Of a stretch of 64,000 nt of DNA, positions 9,898 through 19,711 are shown in pieces (position 1 is the first letter of the stretch; every line of letters starts with the position of its first letter). The stretch is from Candidatus Ozemobacteraceae bacterium (GTDB lineage Bacteria > Muiribacteriota > Ozemobacteria > Ozemobacterales > Ozemobacteraceae), in NCBI GenBank assembly GCA_965140445.1, contig OZ223236.1:4544001-4608000 (forward strand), written 5' to 3'. The notes beneath the pieces were generated by a model. The model ran no database searches. It saw nothing but the letters and a program-made list of their open reading frames with translations, and was not told the DNA's origin. Both the position numbers and the translations under genes were made by a program.

Positions 9898-12800
9898 TTA
9901 AAAGGAGCTATTATATTTTGCTACCGCCAGAATGCCACTGCTTTTTACAAATAGAATTGCAGTTGATGAGTCAGATTTTTGAGTTTTAATGTACTCAGCA
10001 GGCAAACATAAATCGTAAGAACTACCCGATATTTTTGATACAAAATCCCCAATTGGCAATCTATTTTCGATGCTTCCATTTTGAGAAAATTGCACAAAGG
10101 CCATTTGGTCGCTTCCTGCCATCCGGTTCCCACTTCCTGCCCAAAATCTTCCCGAGTTATCCACAAATAGATTTGAGTAATACTTATACTTTGCAAACTC
10201 TGGAACAAAACTTAAAACTGAATTTCGAGGTACCAATTTATAATCTTGTCCATCTCCGCCTCCATCAGCAAAGGAGAGAATAAAATAATTCTTTGTCGCC
10301 ACAAATTCATATGGGGAAGCTTTAAAGCTGGCCGAAGCAACTGTTGTTGAAGGAGCTGTCATATCGCTCAAGCTATATTGGAAAACGCTAATATTATCAA
10401 TTACGTTTGTCGGGTTAACAACAGAACTACATTTCATATAGTAAAGTTTGCCGGCAGATTCATCAGCTGCAAGAAGATTATTATGTTTTCTAGAAGAAAC
10501 TGAAAGGGCGCTAGCATTGGAAAGTATTGGGTTTGATCCCGTTAAATTTCCAAGAGAGTTATTAAATGCAAATAAATACATGCCAGTTCCAGATAATTCT
10601 CCTGCAACAAAAACTTTTGAATCATAAAATTTCATTGTTGCTGTTTCCATTGGGAAATTAGGAGCACCATTAAACAAAACTGATGCAGAAGGTGCTGCGC
10701 TTAGATTAGCCGCATCATATGCCTGTATCATTAAATCTCCATTTCCACTTGGACACATAATAAATATTTTGCCATCGCCAGCACATAAACTGTATTTGTC
10801 TATTGAAGTACCACTCACAGTGATCGAAGCTGTTGTTCCAACTTCGTTTCCAGAGAAGTCAAACGACTTGATTATTGCCTCTGTTCCATCACTCCCATAT
10901 GCACCAATAAAATAATGATTATTTAATACTTCAAATCCAAATACTGTCAAAGAACTTCTTATTGCACCAGTATTAGATAATTCGGTAACAGAAACGCCAT
11001 CCAAACCTGCTGTTTTTGTAGTAAACGAAACAGAAGTAAGTGGTGAATAAAGGCTTCCATTTTTATTCTTGAGACTGGCAGTATAATTAGTGTTTGGCGA
11101 CAAAGATTTGTATTCCACCCTATCCCCAAGGATATTTGTAATAGTTGCTATAGGGATAGAGGCTGCACTAAAAATAACTATCTCAGAAGACTCTGAGAAC
11201 TGGCTATTGACCCAGTTAAAAGTAACCGTTTTATCTGTAACTGAGGTATTGAAACCTGTTGGAGCAACCATGCCTTTGAAAAATTCCTTCTCAGCTGATC
11301 TGGTTCCATTTGGATTTGAGAGAACGTAGGTATAGGTTCCTGGGGTTAAGTCCGTAATATCATAATAAACATTTGTAACGCTCCATGTACCTGAAGCGCT
11401 GGACTTTAAATTTTTTCCATTTACTATGGCATTTGTTTGAGGATCGCCGGCATTAGTTGGAGCAACAAAATTACTTCCTGAAATTGTCAACAAAGTTGTC
11501 CCAGTTACATTAGATGCCGTCACACCAGGAATTACATTTGTAGCAGAGAAATTGATGCTTACCGTCTGGCCCGCGCCAACAAAGAAATCCGCAGAAGTTC
11601 CAGTATGACCACCCCTGGCCGGGTTCAAACTTAATGAATATGTTCCAACAGGAATTTCATCAAATCTAAAGGACGTTGAGGCAGTAGTGGTTGTAAATCT
11701 CTCTTCATAATTTATGACACCAACTCTGCTGAGAATAACTTCATAAGATGTTCCGGTAGGAGCGGTGAAGTTACCAACAACTTCTCCACCAACCGTAAGT
11801 TTAGGTCTTACATTTAGAGTTCCCAGATCAGTATCAGTTGCCACCGAAATTGGGTTTGAAAATGACAGTGGCGTTACAAGCTCATACCTGCCAGCAAGTG
11901 ATAAGGTATAGCTTCCAGGTATAAGTTTAAAGGCAAAAGCGCCATTATCAGCAGATATAGTTGAAAAGGCGGGATTTCCAGTTTCAGTTTGAGAAATAAG
12001 GTTTACCACAACCCCACTATTGTCAGTTTCGTCTGAAATTCTTAAGGTCTTATTGATTGTTCCGCGGAGCCAATGGTTAACAACAGCTATTTTAGGAGTA
12101 ATAACCATCTCAGGAACAGTAACATTTGAAGTAAGATCCACCGTTACAGTCTGATTTGGTGGTGTAATAACAAAATCCCCCGGAACCACACTAACTGCAT
12201 ATGTGCCAGTTGCTTTTACGCTGAAGCTATAGTTTCCAGAAGCATCTGTCAGCTTAACCGAAGGGTCCTGATTGTTCATTCCAACCAGCACAACAATAAT
12301 TCCTTCTGTAGAAGAAGCGTTTGGCAAAAATCCAGATTTTCTCAGGTTACCAGAAATAGTTACCACAGTATCTACAGACTTGGTAACTGGAGTTAAAAGA
12401 ATATCACCAAGATTCTTGTTTTCAGCAGGTGCTAACACCGCTGTAAGCGCTCCAGATGGAGAGCCCTCATCAGAGATAACTCTTACAACAAAAGTCTGAC
12501 TTGCAGGAACATGTGAAATTGTAAAATTTCCGGTTGCGCTTGTTAGAGCAACATAAGAGGTTCCTTCAAGGTAAACAACAGACCCTGAAACTGGTGTCTG
12601 TGAAGCGCCATTTAGCATTACCCTACCAGAAATAGAACCTGTAGGAGTTAGCTGGGCATTAACAACCGTTGTTGCAGCAAGCAAAACTCCGGTTTGAGCA
12701 AACTGATGATTTTCATCCTGAACGGCAACTAATGTATATTCACCAACAGGAATATTGGAAAATTTGTATTGGCCTTGTGAATCGGTAAAAGTTGTAAAAC

Positions 12801-13080
12801 TTCCATCATTATTTAAGGTTTGAGCCAAAACGGAATTTTTTAATGATGTGAGATTAGAAATCCCTGAAATATGAGCATTATTAGACTTATACAGATAAAC
12901 TTTTACGTTTGAAAGAATTTGTCCATTCATGCTGACCTGACCAGATAAATCAGCGGTTGGTCCTGTTGCAGTTGTAACTCCAAGGGGGTTAGAGCTTCCA
13001 CCACCACCGCCGCCGCAACCTAGAAATGCGACAGAAACTACAAACAAGAAAATAAAAGCCAAAAAATTAGTGTTTCTCAC
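9898..13080 (-). CDS. Large lipoprotein with tandem carboxypeptidase-regulatory/Cna-B-like beta-sandwiches, IPT/FN3-like domains and beta-rich C-terminus
   Basis: Lipobox FLGC plus GGGGGGSS tether; repeated TDSQGQYKFSNIPVGEYTL-type motifs; LSPNTNYT FN3 motif; GTG start after GGAGG. Confidence 0.8.
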   Translation of the reverse strand: MRNTNFLAFIFLFVVSVAFLGCGGGGGGSSNPLGVTTATGPTADLSGQVSMNGQILSNVKVYLYKSNNAHISGISNLTSLKNSVLAQTLNNDGSFTTFTDSQGQYKFSNIPVGEYTLVAVQDENHQFAQTGVLLAATTVVNAQLTPTGSISGRVMLNGASQTPVSGSVVYLEGTSYVALTSATGNFTISHVPASQTFVVRVISDEGSPSGALTAVLAPAENKNLGDILLTPVTKSVDTVVTISGNLRKSGFLPNASSTEGIIVVLVGMNNQDPSVKLTDASGNYSFSVKATGTYAVSVVPGDFVITPPNQTVTVDLTSNVTVPEMVITPKIAVVNHWLRGTINKTLRISDETDNSGVVVNLISQTETGNPAFSTISADNGAFAFKLIPGSYTLSLAGRYELVTPLSFSNPISVATDTDLGTLNVRPKLTVGGEVVGNFTAPTGTSYEVILSRVGVINYEERFTTTTASTSFRFDEIPVGTYSLSLNPARGGHTGTSADFFVGAGQTVSINFSATNVIPGVTASNVTGTTLLTISGSNFVAPTNAGDPQTNAIVNGKNLKSSASGTWSVTNVYYDITDLTPGTYTYVLSNPNGTRSAEKEFFKGMVAPTGFNTSVTDKTVTFNWVNSQFSESSEIVIFSAASIPIATITNILGDRVEYKSLSPNTNYTASLKNKNGSLYSPLTSVSFTTKTAGLDGVSVTELSNTGAIRSSLTVFGFEVLNNHYFIGAYGSDGTEAIIKSFDFSGNEVGTTASITVSGTSIDKYSLCAGDGKIFIMCPSGNGDLMIQAYDAANLSAAPSASVLFNGAPNFPMETATMKFYDSKVFVAGELSGTGMYLFAFNNSLGNLTGSNPILSNASALSVSSRKHNNLLAADESAGKLYYMKCSSVVNPTNVIDNISVFQYSLSDMTAPSTTVASASFKASPYEFVATKNYFILSFADGGGDGQDYKLVPRNSVLSFVPEFAKYKYYSNLFVDNSGRFWAGSGNRMAGSDQMAFVQFSQNGSIENRLPIGDFVSKISGSSYDLCLPAEYIKTQKSDSSTAILFVKSSGILAVAKYNSSF

Positions 13081-13103
13081 TTCAAAACTCCTCCAAACCT
13101 ATT

Positions 13104-13844
13104 TCAACTAACCAGAATATTGTCTATTGTATACGGTGAATATCCATCTCGCCCGACCACAATGTAGTAAGTTCCTGGTGCGAGCTCAAGAACAGAATAA
13201 GATCCATCTGCTGCAGTAACTGTTGAACCAGATAGAACTCCGGTAGACTTGTTAAAAACTTCGATCTTTGCACCCTCAACAGGCAGGGATGTAACATTGT
13301 CGGTGATAAACCCCTTAATACCAGTATCGGTAGTAGTGGTGCCAGTATCCGTACTTGTGCCAGTATTCGTGCCAGTATTTGTGCCAGTATCACCGGTATT
13401 TACAGGCACAGCTTTAGGAATCTCTGTCAGGGTTATAGAATCTAAGGCCCAAACTCCCTGATCTTTTATCATATTAAAAACCATTTTAATGGTTAGTTCG
13501 TTTAATGCGGTTAAAACATATGAAGTGTAAACCTCGGCCTCACTCTCGCCATCATACTCAACCTTCTCAACGATAAGATCCCAAACCTGCCCACTTAAAT
13601 CCTTAAATTTAATGTAGCCAAGATGCCCTGATTCAGTGGTGGTAATTGAGGGTTTTCCATTTTTATCGACTGTCATCCCAAGGTCTGAGGACCCCAGCCA
13701 TTTTGAATAAACCAATCTGACAGTCTCATCTGGCGTCATGGTTTCCATAAGTGGATTTTCACTTCCACCACCCCCGCCAGAACAGCCGGCTATCAATAAA
13801 ATCCCGGCAAAAACAAAGATAGCGAAACTTCTAAAAATGGTCAT
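13104..13844 (-). CDS. Lipoprotein with C-terminal carboxypeptidase-regulatory-like domain
   Basis: Lipobox IAGC plus SGGGGGS; T/G-rich linker; IKGFITD…PVEGAKI…TAADGSYSV…PGTY; start ATG 13844 after GGGGA. Confidence 0.8.
   Translation of the reverse strand: MTIFRSFAIFVFAGILLIAGCSGGGGGSENPLMETMTPDETVRLVYSKWLGSSDLGMTVDKNGKPSITTTESGHLGYIKFKDLSGQVWDLIVEKVEYDGESEAEVYTSYVLTALNELTIKMVFNMIKDQGVWALDSITLTEIPKAVPVNTGDTGTNTGTNTGTSTDTGTTTTDTGIKGFITDNVTSLPVEGAKIEVFNKSTGVLSGSTVTAADGSYSVLELAPGTYYIVVGRDGYSPYTIDNILVS
13339..13390. repeat. Coding repeat, four copies of gtgccagtat (mostly 12-nt period) encoding (D/N)TGT
   Basis: Copies at 13339, 13357, 13369, 13381. Confidence 0.85.
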
Positions 13845-13881
13845 TTTATCCCCCAAATTCCAATCCGAACCTCTCGAAAGG

Positions 13882-14298
13882 TTACTCACCGATTACTTTT
13901 ATCAGCACTCTTTTTCTGCGATTACCATCAAATTCTCCATAGAAAATTTGTTCCCAGGGACCAAAATCAAGTTTTCCTTCAGTAATAGCAACAACAACCT
14001 CTCTACCCATTATTGTTCTTTTTAAATGGGCGTCTGCATTGTCTTCAGCGCCATTATGCTGATATTGAGAATGCGGATTTTCTGGAGCAAGCTTTTCCAG
14101 CCAAACTTCCAAATCACTATGCAAGCCTTTTTCATCATCATTAACAAAAACACTTGCAGTGATATGCATGGCGTTAACAAGGACCAGGCCTTCCTTAACT
14201 CCGCTTTCCTTAACTGCATCCTGAACCTGAGGGGTAATGTTTATCAGCCCTCTTCTACCGTTTACCTCGAACCAAAGTTCCCTTCTATAACTCTTCAC
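13882..14298 (-). CDS. yjbQ: YjbQ/UPF0047 family protein
   Basis: [39 protein letters not shown]. Confidence 0.92.
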   Translation of the reverse strand: MKSYRRELWFEVNGRRGLINITPQVQDAVKESGVKEGLVLVNAMHITASVFVNDDEKGLHSDLEVWLEKLAPENPHSQYQHNGAEDNADAHLKRTIMGREVVVAITEGKLDFGPWEQIFYGEFDGNRRKRVLIKVIGE

Positions 14299-14430
14299 GT
14301 TATATTTACTCCTTTGGCAAAATCTTTAAAATTATTTGCGCTATTTAGTATATATTTGTTTGATGAATTTTAGTATTGTTTTTTTTAGGAATCAAATAAT
14401 ACAGAAAAATACCAAACGAAAGGCCAATAT

Positions 14431-14706
14431 ATGTTCGATTTATCCAAATTAGTTTTTTATTTTAAGATTGAATGCCCCATCTGCAAAACAGAAATGAAAT
14501 TCAGTCACATAGTTATTGAGGAAAAAAAGGGAGAGCTGTTTTGCTCAATCTGTAACAAAAGTGTAACCGTACCTTCTTTTGAAAACCTTGTTGCGGCTTC
14601 AAAGACTTTAAATGACTTTCTCGGCGATTCAATTAATGCAAAATATATCAATCTGGTTCTCAATGAAAAATTTGAGTTGGCAGATGATGTTCCAGCTGCG
14701 CACTAA
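14431..14706 (+). CDS. Small zinc-ribbon protein
   Basis: CPIC…CSIC pair; followed by a terminator. Confidence 0.7.
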   Translation: MFDLSKLVFYFKIECPICKTEMKFSHIVIEEKKGELFCSICNKSVTVPSFENLVAASKTLNDFLGDSINAKYINLVLNEKFELADDVPAAH

Positions 14707-14712
14707 ATAAAC

Positions 14713-14755
14713 AAAAAAAGCGGGCATTTCAGTGAAATCTGAAAGCCCGCTTTTT
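14713..14755. terminator. Bidirectional intrinsic terminator
   Basis: A-run, gcgggc(a)tttcag…ctgaaagcccgc, T-run between convergent genes. Confidence 0.85.
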
Positions 14756-14764
14756 GTATTTATA

Positions 14765-15322
14765 TTATAGAAGAGCTAATACACCTTTATTTACTTCTTT
14801 TACCGCTTCTTTTCCAATAAGCTCTTCAATTATTTTGAAAGCAAACTCGAAAGTAGTTCCTGCTGCGCGGGAAGTAATTATCTTTCCATCAACCACAACT
14901 CGTGCTTCAGAATAATTGACTCCAGGCATATGTCCAGCCGCTGCTGGATGCGAGGTTGCAGACTTTCCTTTGAGAATGCCGGCTTTGGTCAAAACTGCTG
15001 GAGCAGCACAAATGGCCGCGACCCACTTCCCCAGTTCAACCATTTTCTTGATGGAACCAATAACAACTTCGCTATCTCCGAGATTTTGTGTTCCCTCAAG
15101 TCCACCTGGAAGCAAAATCAAATCAGCCCAATTAAGATCGATTTCTGAGATTTTACAATCAGGCAACATTTTGATTCCTCTTGAACCCAATACCGCCTCC
15201 AGATTGTCTTCCAATGAAACCGTTTTTACATCTATTCCAGCTCTTCTAAGAATATCAACTGAAATAGTTAACTCCATCTCTTCAAATCCTTTTGCCATAA
15301 ACACATAAACGTTTTTATTCAT
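14765..15322 (-). CDS. DJ-1/YajL/ThiJ family protein
   Basis: GFEEME, DILRRAG, LPGG, AAICAAP with the conserved Cys, ITSR. Confidence 0.92.
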   Translation of the reverse strand: MNKNVYVFMAKGFEEMELTISVDILRRAGIDVKTVSLEDNLEAVLGSRGIKMLPDCKISEIDLNWADLILLPGGLEGTQNLGDSEVVIGSIKKMVELGKWVAAICAAPAVLTKAGILKGKSATSHPAAAGHMPGVNYSEARVVVDGKIITSRAAGTTFEFAFKIIEELIGKEAVKEVNKGVLALL

Positions 15323-15334
15323 GGAATAGCCCCC

Positions 15335-16567
15335 TTATTTATTATCTAATATTTTCAAACAAGCAGAAAAAACCCTCTCGACCGGAATTTTCTTCATACA
15401 TAAATTATCATTGCAGGCAGTAGAACGATGATTATAAGAGCTAACGCAGGGAGAGCAAGCTAGATGAGCAGAAATAGACACACGCCCCTTCCCAAAAGCC
15501 CCATAAAGCTTAGATGTTTCTGGCCCAAATAACGTAATAACCGGCAAATCAGTAAGTGAAGAAAAATGAGAAGGCCCGCTATCATTGGTTATCATTATGC
15601 TGCATAGAGAATATAAAACAAGCAATTGGTTTAAGGATGTCTTTCCCACCAGGTTTATAACCTTTTCAGCACCAATGTTTTCAGCAACTTCAAGCGATTC
15701 TTTAATCTCGGACTTTACTCCAGTAAGAACAATAAAACTCTCAGGATAATTTGATAAGAGTTTTTTCCCAAGTTCTATGAAAGAGTTCAAAGGCCACCGC
15801 CTGAGAGGAACCAGCTCGCTTGAATTTGCATTAATGATTATCAACTTGTCCCCGGTTCTATAAACAGGGTTCTCATATTTCAATATTTCGAGCAATTCTG
15901 AAGTTTGATTTTCAGAGAACTTCATCTTTGCCAAAGGCAGAGAGTTTAACTCAGGCAAAGGCTTTTTTGGCAATGGAATAGTATTTGCAGGCTCCTGAAG
16001 GGCTTCAACCATACTATAAAAACTCAGTGCCGTATGAATATGCGGGTTATACTGAATTTTATGGCTCAAAAAGCTACCCCTATAAAGTCCTTCCATTGTA
16101 AACCTGTGAAAGCCACAGGTTGATTTAGCGCCGGACAACTCAGTTAGAATCGCAGAAGCCCTGGAGAAAAATTCAAGATCCATGGCAACATCAAAACGAA
16201 GAAACCATAGAGTTAAAAGTCTTGAAAGACAGTCCTTCACAAAAAGGCTTATTTTTTTGGATCTAATTGTATGAATATTTTCTCTTGGAACTAATCCAAG
16301 CATTTCAACTGCCGCGGAGTTTTCATCAAAAACCAGAAAATGAAACTGACAGCCAGGCCAAATTTCTCTGGCCCTCTTAAGCATTGGGTACATGAGAATA
16401 GTGCTTCCCATTTCTGCTGGCTTAACAAACAAAATAGTTTTTACTGAATTAAGCTCTCCTTTTTTCCTGGGGAAAAAAAGTTCCAGAATTTTGCGTCTTA
16501 TGGATAATAAAAAGCAAATTGGCGGTCCAAACAAAGCATCTATCATTCTCATTTTATCGGGGGTCAT
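15335..16567 (-). CDS. GT9 glycosyltransferase (ADP-heptose:LPS heptosyltransferase-like)
   Basis: RRWP, NLVGKTSL, ITNDSGPSH, ITLFGP, C-terminal CSPC…C…CM. Confidence 0.88.
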   Translation of the reverse strand: MTPDKMRMIDALFGPPICFLLSIRRKILELFFPRKKGELNSVKTILFVKPAEMGSTILMYPMLKRAREIWPGCQFHFLVFDENSAAVEMLGLVPRENIHTIRSKKISLFVKDCLSRLLTLWFLRFDVAMDLEFFSRASAILTELSGAKSTCGFHRFTMEGLYRGSFLSHKIQYNPHIHTALSFYSMVEALQEPANTIPLPKKPLPELNSLPLAKMKFSENQTSELLEILKYENPVYRTGDKLIIINANSSELVPLRRWPLNSFIELGKKLLSNYPESFIVLTGVKSEIKESLEVAENIGAEKVINLVGKTSLNQLLVLYSLCSIMITNDSGPSHFSSLTDLPVITLFGPETSKLYGAFGKGRVSISAHLACSPCVSSYNHRSTACNDNLCMKKIPVERVFSACLKILDNK

Positions 16568-16585
16568 ACAATATTCCTATCCAAT

Positions 16586-18073
16586 TTATTTGAATTCAAA
16601 TTCATTTAAAGAGTTTTCCATAATGGTTATATTGAGCCTTTTAAGCTTCTTAGCATTGTAAAAAACATCCATAGACTGGGATGCAACCTTTTCAAATTTA
16701 TCTGCATATGCCATCGCTTCAGAGAACTTATCAGTATCAACATACACTATTGTTGAACCAGGTTCTAATTTACGATTTTCCCACCAAAATCTAAAATTCC
16801 CGCCTTTGTGTATTTCAGCAACCCGCTCAGGTGAAATCTTCCCGTAAAATCCAAGTAAAGCTGCGAGCGGAGCACCCTGACCAACAAAATATGCCTTTTT
16901 GGAAAACTGAGAATCAATCTGCTGAAGTTTCTGCCCCATCTCAGTCCAACCGTGTAACCTGGAGGAAATATCTGATTTAACAGGGACGGGAAGAATTACG
17001 GTTAAAGCTTGAAATATAACCAGCATTGCCAATAGAGCGGAAGGTAAAACAACCCATTTTATTCTTTTATTGGACACTATTATCCACTCAGCAACAAGAA
17101 TCATAGCAGACAAATACGCTATTTGAGGCCAGTTTGCCTCCACTTTTGATTTCGTCCCCATATAAACAAAAAAGAGCATTTTTGGCAAAGCCAAAACAAT
17201 AAGAAAAAATCTAGCCTCATCTAACTTTTTGAAAGTCTCTTTTATGCGAGAAATTGAAACATACCAGAGCACAGGAAACAAGGTTAAACCAATTGTTCCA
17301 AGCTGACCTCCGAGAAATTCACCAATGTTCTTCAGCAAACCTCTGCTGGATGGTTTAAAACCATGATTAAATTGAAACTTAAATGAAATCCAATCATGAT
17401 TTGCATTCCAATAAAGGATGGGAAGAGTTCCAACGGCTGCCAATCCAACCATTACCCAGAATCTTCCAGTGAAAACCAGTTCCCGGTTTTTCTTGAAACC
17501 CAGAATTGTAATAGCGACTCCCGGGACAAAAAAGATCATATTGTATTTGGCCAAGGCACCTGTCCCAAGAGCAACTCCAGTTATAACCCACCAGAAATAC
17601 TCCCTGGAATTCAAAGCACTAAGAAATGCCCATGCACCTAGCGCCCAGGAAAAGGCAAGCGGGCTGTCGGGAGTAGTTATAAAGCCAATAGCCATTCCTG
17701 CGGGGGTAAAATTAAATATAACTGAGGACCAAAATCCAATTTTTCCGCTATGCAGAAATTTTCTGCCAATATCAAAAAGAAACCAGCTAACAGCTAAAGC
17801 TCCTAGAATAGAAGGCAGCCTGACAGCGAGCGCTGTATCTCCTAGAAATAGACGAAAGAAACCAATACAATACGCCACCATTGGAGGATGGTCGAAGTAA
17901 GAAAAATCCAGATGTCTTGCAAGCTCCCAATAATAAGCCTCATCAGGAGTAAGATCTAAATATAAAGACAAAAAAAGTCTTAAAACGATTAACGAAAAAG
18001 ATAAAACCCAAAATCTTTTGTTCCATTCCACTGATTCAAAGGCTTTTTGCCTACCAACATCTTCTACTGACAC
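16586..18073 (-). CDS. ArnT/PMT-type (GT-C) membrane glycosyltransferase
   Basis: DEAYYW…YFDHPPM, AVRLP, TPDSPL, LAKY; multiple TMs; start GTG 18073 after AAGGAG. Confidence 0.88.
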   Translation of the reverse strand: MSVEDVGRQKAFESVEWNKRFWVLSFSLIVLRLFLSLYLDLTPDEAYYWELARHLDFSYFDHPPMVAYCIGFFRLFLGDTALAVRLPSILGALAVSWFLFDIGRKFLHSGKIGFWSSVIFNFTPAGMAIGFITTPDSPLAFSWALGAWAFLSALNSREYFWWVITGVALGTGALAKYNMIFFVPGVAITILGFKKNRELVFTGRFWVMVGLAAVGTLPILYWNANHDWISFKFQFNHGFKPSSRGLLKNIGEFLGGQLGTIGLTLFPVLWYVSISRIKETFKKLDEARFFLIVLALPKMLFFVYMGTKSKVEANWPQIAYLSAMILVAEWIIVSNKRIKWVVLPSALLAMLVIFQALTVILPVPVKSDISSRLHGWTEMGQKLQQIDSQFSKKAYFVGQGAPLAALLGFYGKISPERVAEIHKGGNFRFWWENRKLEPGSTIVYVDTDKFSEAMAYADKFEKVASQSMDVFYNAKKLKRLNITIMENSLNEFEFK

Positions 18074-18220
18074 CCAGAACTCCTTCTTCCCTGTAAGTAA
18101 AATGTATACACCACAAATAGAGCAAAATGGCGTAAAAATCAATATTTTGTGCAAATTCATGGTTTTTTTGTGTTAAATAAATTAGACTATTTACATAAAT
18201 TTTCGGGAAGGCAATAAAAT

Positions 18221-18784
18221 ATGGAACCAGCTGATTTTGCAGTAAGAATAGAAGAAATAATGGCCGAAGAATGCTCTGAGTATGTTTGTCTAATGGTCGA
18301 TGAGGATGAAATTGGCCGTCTATGGAATTTCACTGTAGAAGAAACCATCAGAGGATTTCTGGCATTTGAAGATAATCAAGAAACCATTGCGATCCCCACA
18401 ATTACAGTTGGGATCCATATAGGCGATGTAACAGATCATGAACCAGAAGACTTAAAGCACCTGTTAACTGTCAACGGAGATTTTATAAACGCCTGCCTGA
18501 CAGTAGTAAATGTCCCTGCCGATGAAGAAAATCCAGAAGATGAATACGAAACAGATGCTGACGATGATCTTGAAGACATACTTCCAGAAGATGAAGAATC
18601 AGAATCACAAAGATCTCAGGACCTTCTTTTCATCCAGACAAAGGTTCCATTTGATGCTTTTGACCCAGAAGATTTCATGGGATATGTTCAAAATTTAATT
18701 TTTCAAACAGATGCTTTCATGGGCAATGCTGGTGACTCTGAAGACGAAGAAGATGATGAGAGCTTATTAGACCTTGAGGAATAA
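18221..18784 (+). CDS. Highly acidic hypothetical protein (possible YbjN/chaperone-like fold)
   Basis: Very D/E-rich, with acidic insertion and tail; fold is a guess. Confidence 0.65.
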   Translation: MEPADFAVRIEEIMAEECSEYVCLMVDEDEIGRLWNFTVEETIRGFLAFEDNQETIAIPTITVGIHIGDVTDHEPEDLKHLLTVNGDFINACLTVVNVPADEENPEDEYETDADDDLEDILPEDEESESQRSQDLLFIQTKVPFDAFDPEDFMGYVQNLIFQTDAFMGNAGDSEDEEDDESLLDLEE

Positions 18785-18786
18785 GA

Positions 18787-19614
18787 ATGACTCCCGGAAT
18801 TTTACCTGAAAACGTAAAACAAGAACTACAAATATACATGGGCCCAGAAGAAAAAATATCTGGGTTCATCTGTACATCTGGCTCAACCAACTCTCCTGCT
18901 AAAGGCGAAATCTGGCTCGTACAAACTAACGATTCAGTGTATTTTCACACGGTGGAGTTCAGTAAAGAACCTGTGGTCGCACTTTTAAAGAAAAAAGACA
19001 TTAAAGTTGTTGAATATTTTCAACGACCAAAAGAAATTTCTTTAACCTTTTTTCCAAAGGGCTCTCTTGGAAATTCAACAAGAATAACTTTTCCTATTTC
19101 CCAACAAATTGGTCTAGAGCTATTTTGCGAAGAAATTGCTGATTTAATCTACTTTAAGAAAGAAACTCGTCAGGGAATTAAAGTCTTTGAAAATGGTGCC
19201 CAGGAACCAGATTCTAAGGAGTCTCCAGTCACATTGGTTCCAGGAGCAAAAATACCAGCAGGAACAATACCCAAAAAGGTTGCAAAGCCTTTGGCCCCAA
19301 AGGTGCCTCCAGCAAAACCAGAAGAACCCAAAAAGCAAGAGTCAGAACAAAAAACCGATGCAGTTCAAAAAAACAGAACAACTGACACTGCCAGGCAATC
19401 AGAGCCTGCCTACAAAACAGAAAAAAAACAGGAACCGAAACCTTCCGAGGTGCCAGCACCCTCTGCAAATGTTACCTCTTCGCCTCAACCAAAACCTTCC
19501 AAAAAGTCCTCTATTGAAATTGGCTCTGCAAAATTTGCAATTATTGCGACTCTGATTTCGGTTTTTGTTGCATTTATCTGGTATAAGTTTTTTAGACTAA
19601 TTTCAAAGCGATAA
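18787..19614 (+). CDS. Hypothetical protein: globular N-domain, Pro/Lys-rich linker, C-terminal TM anchor
   Basis: 2 nt after the previous stop; terminal FAIIATLISVFVAFIWY. Confidence 0.7.
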   Translation: MTPGILPENVKQELQIYMGPEEKISGFICTSGSTNSPAKGEIWLVQTNDSVYFHTVEFSKEPVVALLKKKDIKVVEYFQRPKEISLTFFPKGSLGNSTRITFPISQQIGLELFCEEIADLIYFKKETRQGIKVFENGAQEPDSKESPVTLVPGAKIPAGTIPKKVAKPLAPKVPPAKPEEPKKQESEQKTDAVQKNRTTDTARQSEPAYKTEKKQEPKPSEVPAPSANVTSSPQPKPSKKSSIEIGSAKFAIIATLISVFVAFIWYKFFRLISKR

Positions 19615-19615
19615 A

Positions 19616-19670
19616 AAACGCACAAAACAGCTATATAAGGGTTACTTCATTTCAGCTGTTTTGTGCGTTT
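19616..19670. terminator. 17-bp inverted repeat, probable bidirectional terminator
   Basis: aaacgcacaaaacagct-N21-agctgttttgtgcgttt between convergent genes. Confidence 0.7.
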
Positions 19671-19711
19671 CTATTTTTTAGCACTTCTGCTGTAAGCGCT
19701 TTTATTTCTAT

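Noticed and set aside
13339..13390. Short periodic repeats as a CRISPR-like array
   Set aside because: 10-nt units, in frame, encode a TNTG linker; no spacers or cas genes
19616..19670. 17-bp inverted repeat as a MITE or IS end
   Set aside because: No second copy, target duplication or transposase seen; position between convergent genes fits a terminator
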